Source: Paraspadella gotoi
Lineage: Eukaryota; Animalia; Chaetognatha
Assembly: GCA_051294375.1 (NCBI GenBank)
Contig: CM119266.1
Span: 17,230,087-17,294,086 of the forward strand
DNA length: 64,000 nt
Direction: 5' to 3'
The notes below the pieces were generated by a model. The model made no database searches and was not told where the DNA came from. It was given only the letters and a program-made list of their open reading frames with translations. Both the position numbers and the translations under genes were made by a program. Positions 58,495-64,000 of the stretch are shown piece by piece. Each line of letters starts with the position of its first letter. Within the stretch, counting starts at the first letter, position 1.

Positions 58495-59271
58495 TCCGCA
58501 AATCTTCAGGCTTTGTACTTCGAACTCAGCGAATGGACTCCTAAAGCGAAATCAAAAAGGAATTCAGGTGAATGAACTCAGTTCAGAATTTCACTCCATA
58601 CCGGGATAGAAAACTGTAGGCGATACAAAGTTAACAATCTCATAGAGGACAACTATGTTATACATAGTAGACTAAATAAATAAATCTTTATTTGTCTGCT
58701 TTAATCTTTGAATTTGAATTAGAAGATTAAAGTGTCTTTATTTCAAAACGAGCGAGTTACATCTTACAAATAAAATTTGAGATTTTACTAAACAAATTCT
58801 CATGCTCGATGCTCATTTTTCCTCTGCTTCTTGCTCCCATTGGATCGAGAAGAGTTTCTCTTCTTGTTTCATCGATCGCGATCGGGCCGCTGAATCGACG
58901 GCAGCGCCACCAAAGGTTACGGGAAAAAGAAAAATTATTAAATATATAAAAGAAAACTTTTAATATATGAAATTTCTCTTATTTGTTATTATTGAGATTG
59001 AATCAGGTCAACATTGGATATGTAACGACATTGCAGGGCAAATTATCTATATAGGCTATATTTTGAAAAATAAGATCGGTTCATCCAATGTGTTGCGCCG
59101 CAGTGACTTTATTTCTCGTGTATTTCCCTTTGATCAAATAATATGACATGACATGACATTAAACTTTCTTAGCCGGTGTATTTATGACATGCACTGCATC
59201 AAAATTCTGTCTTAACAAATGAGCAACCAACTATAAGCAAATTATATTCATTTTTAACATATACCAATGAA

Positions 59272-59945
59272 CTAACAGACCGACCGACCGACCGACGGAC
59301 AGACCGACCAAAAAGTGACTTATAGAGTTGCTCCGCGAGTACTCGTGGCTCAACTAAAAAGCAACGTCAAGTTCAAGGTGTTAGGGTGGACGGATTTCAT
59401 GAGGATCACATGATATAAAATTATAAAATATATGCACACCAATCATCTTTTATACAAACGCATGAACTTTCTGATCACATAAGCATTTACCATATTTGTC
59501 AGCGAATTGAATCAATATTTTGTAAATTATGATGCTTCATTATGATGGTAATCTGAGCACTTTTTTAGGTATTCATGTAATTACATAAATATGAAATATA
59601 TACCCATTAAAGGTTTTAGGGTATTTTAACTTTCTATACAACAAATAAGAACCTAATTTTTTTACTGAAGCAAATGAACAAAAAAAATTTGGTTTTCATT
59701 ATTTCGTTAAAAAAAAAATTAGCTATAATTATTTTTCTGAGTTGCATTTACTGGATGTTTGTCATTAACAGATATAAAGTAGAGAATATTTTTTTAATAA
59801 ATGCAGTATTACCGGACTTAACAGCATCAAAAATAAAAATGGGACAGACCATGAACAGACAGATATACCGACCGACCGAATGACCGACCTACTGAAAAGT
59901 GACCTAAAGAGTTGATCCGTAAGTAATCGCGGCGCAACTAAAAAA
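59272..59945 (+). mobile_element. Two HINE/Helentron-like 3' ends (59272-59360, 59840-59945)
   Basis: (GACC/GACA)n microsatellite followed by aaaagtgac..agagttg...caactaaaaa terminal stem-loop; related copies at ~22630-22690 and ~290-340. Confidence 0.5.
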
Positions 59946-60030
59946 CGGAAGAAAATAAGAACGGAAAGAAGAACGGAAGAAATACATAGTCAAAGATTAG
60001 GCTATAATAATAGTAAATTAGTAATAATAA

Positions 60031-60102
<72 letters not shown>

Positions 60103-60209
60103 TAATAATAATAAATAATAAATTTGATAACCCAAAAGGGCTTCTGAGGAAGAAAAGACTGAAGTTCATCAGTTTTATTGGAATTTGAATCTCTCGCTCT
60201 CTTTCTCTT

Positions 60210-60250
<41 letters not shown>

Positions 60251-60965
60251 GCCTCTCTCTCTCCTCTCGTCTCTCCTGTATTCTGAAGCGTGTCTCAGGG
60301 TCACAATTTCAGATCCAGAGGACAAGAGTCATCAACGGGGCTCAAAGTGAACATATGTTAGAACATTGAAACCAGTTCTTTCATTCTCTTTCTCTCTCTT
60401 TCTCTCTCTTTCTCTCTCTCTGAACTCACCCCATTCGGCCATTTATTCCTTCTTTCTTCTTGTGAGTCTAAGAACATTAATTTTGTTAAAAAATGTGTAA
60501 TTATTATTTTCTTGAATCTTGAATCTTCTTTAAGGAAAACTTGACCAAAAAAGAAGAATAAAAATCACGAGAGAAAAAAATTTAAAAAATGACTTCGTAG
60601 TGAAAAGGAAAAAAATGGAATTAAGTTGCAGATGCATCGCGGTTAATTTTTTTTTATTATTATTATTTTTTAAATAAAAAATTGAATAGTTATAAAATAT
60701 TTATCGCCAATAATCAGTCAATTATATTTAAACAGAATTTAGTTATAGCATAACTATTATAACTTAAAAAAGTTTTGAAAATAAATTAAGTCTATTATAT
60801 TAAATATTATTAAAATAAAGATTATTAATATCAAATTGTATTTAGAATTATATGAAAATATTAATTTATTGCGTTTAGAGTTGCGGATTAGTTTAAGAGA
60901 GATGCATCAAGAAAAAGAGGCGGATTCGAGTTTATGAGATAAATTTGGTTCTAGAAAAGCGATAA

Positions 60966-61009
<44 letters not shown>

Positions 61010-61999
61010 AAAGTGGTTAGTTATGAGAAAAAGGTATTGCACTTGAAACGAAACTTGAAATGATATCAATGATATCAGATCAACCACTTGATTTCTTCGG
61101 ACGAGTCACTAATTTTTTTTATTCTTTCATTTCTTCTTTATTTTTTTAAACTATTTATTGATTTACATTTATGTTTTACTTTGTATATTTTTTTCTTTAC
61201 CTCGGGTATTGCGTGACAAACCTATCAATAACCCGATTAAAAAAAAAATAACAGAACGTCGCGTGTTATTTTGTTTGTTTTTGAAGAAAACAAAAACTAA
61301 GAAAATATTATTAGTGAAAATTTTGAATAACACATTTATTTATATATTGACATATATATACTACACGAAATTTAATTATTTAATTATTTAATTATTTAAT
61401 TTAGTTATGGGCTGAAACCGTTTTTTTTTCTCTTTTAACCTCAAAATGTCAAACTCATCAGATTGTGACGACGATTAGCGCAGTGATGATTACATTAAAT
61501 AAAAAATAAAGTAAAGATTAAAAATGAAAAGGAGATTTAAAATATATATGACGTAACTGAAAAGAAAGAGAAGAATGAAAAATGAAAAAAAAAAGAAACA
61601 TGGATAATTGGATATTACAAAGGAGAAATTAAGAATGGAAGAAAAAAGATCAAATTTAACCAAAAAAAAGGAGATAAATAAAATAAACGTTGAAGAAGAC
61701 AGAAGAATAAATATAAAACGGTCAATAATAATTACGTTATTGAATATATGTTAAAATTAAGAGTGCAAAAAAAGCAAATAAGAGGACAATCAATTTTATC
61801 TTTCCTTTTATCGATTATCTCATTTTAAAATACTTTATCACATTTATCAATATTTCAATCTTTTTAACTTTTCACAAATCGCGTATTTGGAATCAGAAGC
61901 GAGTTTAATCTTTTTCTCTATGAATCAGTCGTTGTCATCTTTATCATTCTCATTCGTTATCTTTATCATCGTCATCATCATTATCATCATCATCGAAGC

Positions 62000-62142
62000 G
62001 GGTTTTGCCGTATTGGGTAAAGCCATCAGATATCGGGTTCAATCCCGAACGGCCGTAAACCGCCTTAAGCCGTAAGCCTGGTTCCAAGCCCATGACCCTT
62101 TCCATGGCTGCTAGAGGTGTTATCTAGTTATCTTCAGAGTCC
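62000..62142 (+). mobile_element. SINE-like element copy, internally deleted
   Basis: gggtaaagccatcag, B box gggttcaatccc, acggccgtaaaccgcc, gttccaagccc, ccatggctgctagag. Confidence 0.55.
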
Positions 62143-62224
62143 TATCTACATAATCAGTGTCACAACAAGATCATCATCAACACTACCACAATTATCATCG
62201 CTATCACCATCACTTCTCACTCAC

Positions 62225-62522
62225 ATCCGTGACAAGAGGCGCAGAGACACTTCATTTCTCCTCCGGTCGTCATCTCCGTCGGTCCAAACGAAAACGCGGC
62301 GTCGAACGACGCCGCAACGAAACCGGCGTCGTGGAGGGGGACGCCGCGAGCTCGCGTCCTCCCGCGACCGGAAATTGGAGGTGGCATTGCGGGAGGCGCG
62401 AGGGAGTGAGGAGCGAGCGGGTGCGGTGCCAGGGAATGAGGGGCCAGAGAAGGAGGGGCCAGGGAATTAGGGGCCATCTCTTCCAGGCCGACGATAGACG
62501 TAGGAGCCAAAGACGAATTCAT
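62225..62522 (-). CDS. Candidate distal first coding exon of HNF4
   Basis: GC-rich island. ATG 62522 gives MNSSLAPTSIVGLEEMAPNSLAPP...CLCASCHG then T|gtgagt; 298 nt, phase 1, compatible with the 48598 acceptor. It could instead belong to another gene. Confidence 0.45.
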
Positions 62523-63120
62523 TTAGGGAATTTTTTTTTAAATTTTCTTTATTTTGGTTCCATTTAGTTTATTTGGTTCTGTTTTGTTTGGTTCTGCTTT
62601 GATTTATTTCTATTTTTTTTTCTGTTTTCGTTTATTTTATTTCGTTTTTTTTCTTTTTAGCTTATTTTGTTTTGCTTTATTATTTGTTTCATATTCTTTT
62701 TTATCTCATCGGTATTTTTTTAACGTTTCGGTTTTTTAATTTAATTTTTTGGGTTTTTTTTCTATTTTCTTTGTTGTCTTCTTTTTTTAATTATACTTTT
62801 TTACTTTCGTTTATTTATCGCTTATTTATCTTTTATCTTTGTTTTTTTTTTATTCTGTCTGTGTCGTCATCACATATCAATACTTCTTAAACTATATACC
62901 TACGTATATACAATAGGTTTTCTTTTTTTATGATTTCGTTTTTACTTTTTTAATTTTTTTATTCCAGAACTAAAAAGTGAAAAATCTAAAGAAAACGGAA
63001 AATCTTTTTTTTTAAATTTATTAAGTTGATTTTTTATTTTAGATTCAGATGTTTTTATGGAAAGAGAAGAGAAAAAATTGATTGTGACTGATGAAGATTT
63101 ATACAAACGCCTCTCTCTCA

Positions 63121-63208
<88 letters not shown>

Positions 63209-64000
63209 CGCGCACAATGAATCAATGTTTCCCAAAAGAGAGGTTCTAATTTCGTAAAAATCAGAAAATTGTTGCAGTGTTATTTTACTTTTTTCACGTC
63301 ATCAAAGAACTAATTTGTAAAAATATTGTCATTTTGAATTTTTACTTGATTATTACTATCACTATTCTTGACTTAACTGCATTGTATTGCGAATATTCCG
63401 ATTTGTTGTTGTAGTTCGGTTGTTGTTATTATATTTCGTGTTTGTTTTTATTTCAATTTTTTGGCAAAGATTTTTGTCGCTTAAAAAAAATCTAATTTAT
63501 GAAAAAACATCAATTTTGTTTCTTCATCGACGGAAATCTTGGGTTTTACTGTAGACAAATCAGTTTGCATTGTTTTGAAGTTGATTCAATTATAGTTCTC
63601 TGTAATTAAATTGTTTTCTATAAATTTGCTTTCTCCCACATAGCTATTTTCTATCTATCTTTATTTCTTTTTCATGTCTTTCTTTCTTTCTCTATTTTTC
63701 TTGTCTTTTTTCCTTTTTTTCTTTCTTTTCTATGTTTCTTTCTTTATTTTTTATCTTTCTTTCATTTCTTTTTCTGTTTTGAAGCGTAAAAAGATTGACA
63801 TTCAGTGTCAAGAAGTAAACACATAATAAAATATAAAACTAAAAGAAAACACAAAAAGACATATACATATATTTTTTTTCTTGAATCCATTCCAACGATA
63901 TTTTATGTTAAGGAGTGTTTAAAGCAAAACATTTCTTATTTGATAAAAGTTTATTTTAATTTTGGAGCGAGTCTTTGTACGTACAGTCGCTCGAGATGCA

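Overview
AT-rich, (GA)n-microsatellite-rich, intron-containing animal (invertebrate) genomic DNA; the taxon cannot be fixed from the sequence. I assembled the gene models by hand from splice signals and phase continuity. (1) A 5-exon ST6GalNAc-III/IV/V/VI-type sialyltransferase (+, 3933-6742). (2) A convergent 11-exon type I membrane protein with a Calx-beta-like region and a Thr-rich stalk (-, 7202-15545). (3) A large HNF4 (NR2A) nuclear receptor gene (-, 16510 to at least 48598, with candidate first exons at about 49.2-49.7 kb and 62.2-62.5 kb). Nested in HNF4 introns on the opposite strand are an AA15-type lytic polysaccharide monooxygenase with a long repeat and dibasic-site tail (23640-37553) and a secreted VWA-EGF-VOMI protein (41293-46821). 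Two paralogous C2H2 zinc-finger genes sit inside an intron of the LPMO, giving three levels of nesting. The most unusual recurring signal is splice-junction echoes: tandem, decaying copies of an exon end plus its splice site, laid into the adjacent intron in four unrelated genes. In HNF4 the echo is an in-frame array of AF-2 helix copies with alternative donors. Also present are probable GC and GA donors, complementary GA/CT tracts bracketing the gene-hosting introns, clusters of HNF4-like binding sites upstream of HNF4, SINE/MITE/HINE-like repeats, and a ~2.6 kb inverted duplication that is probably an assembly artefact.
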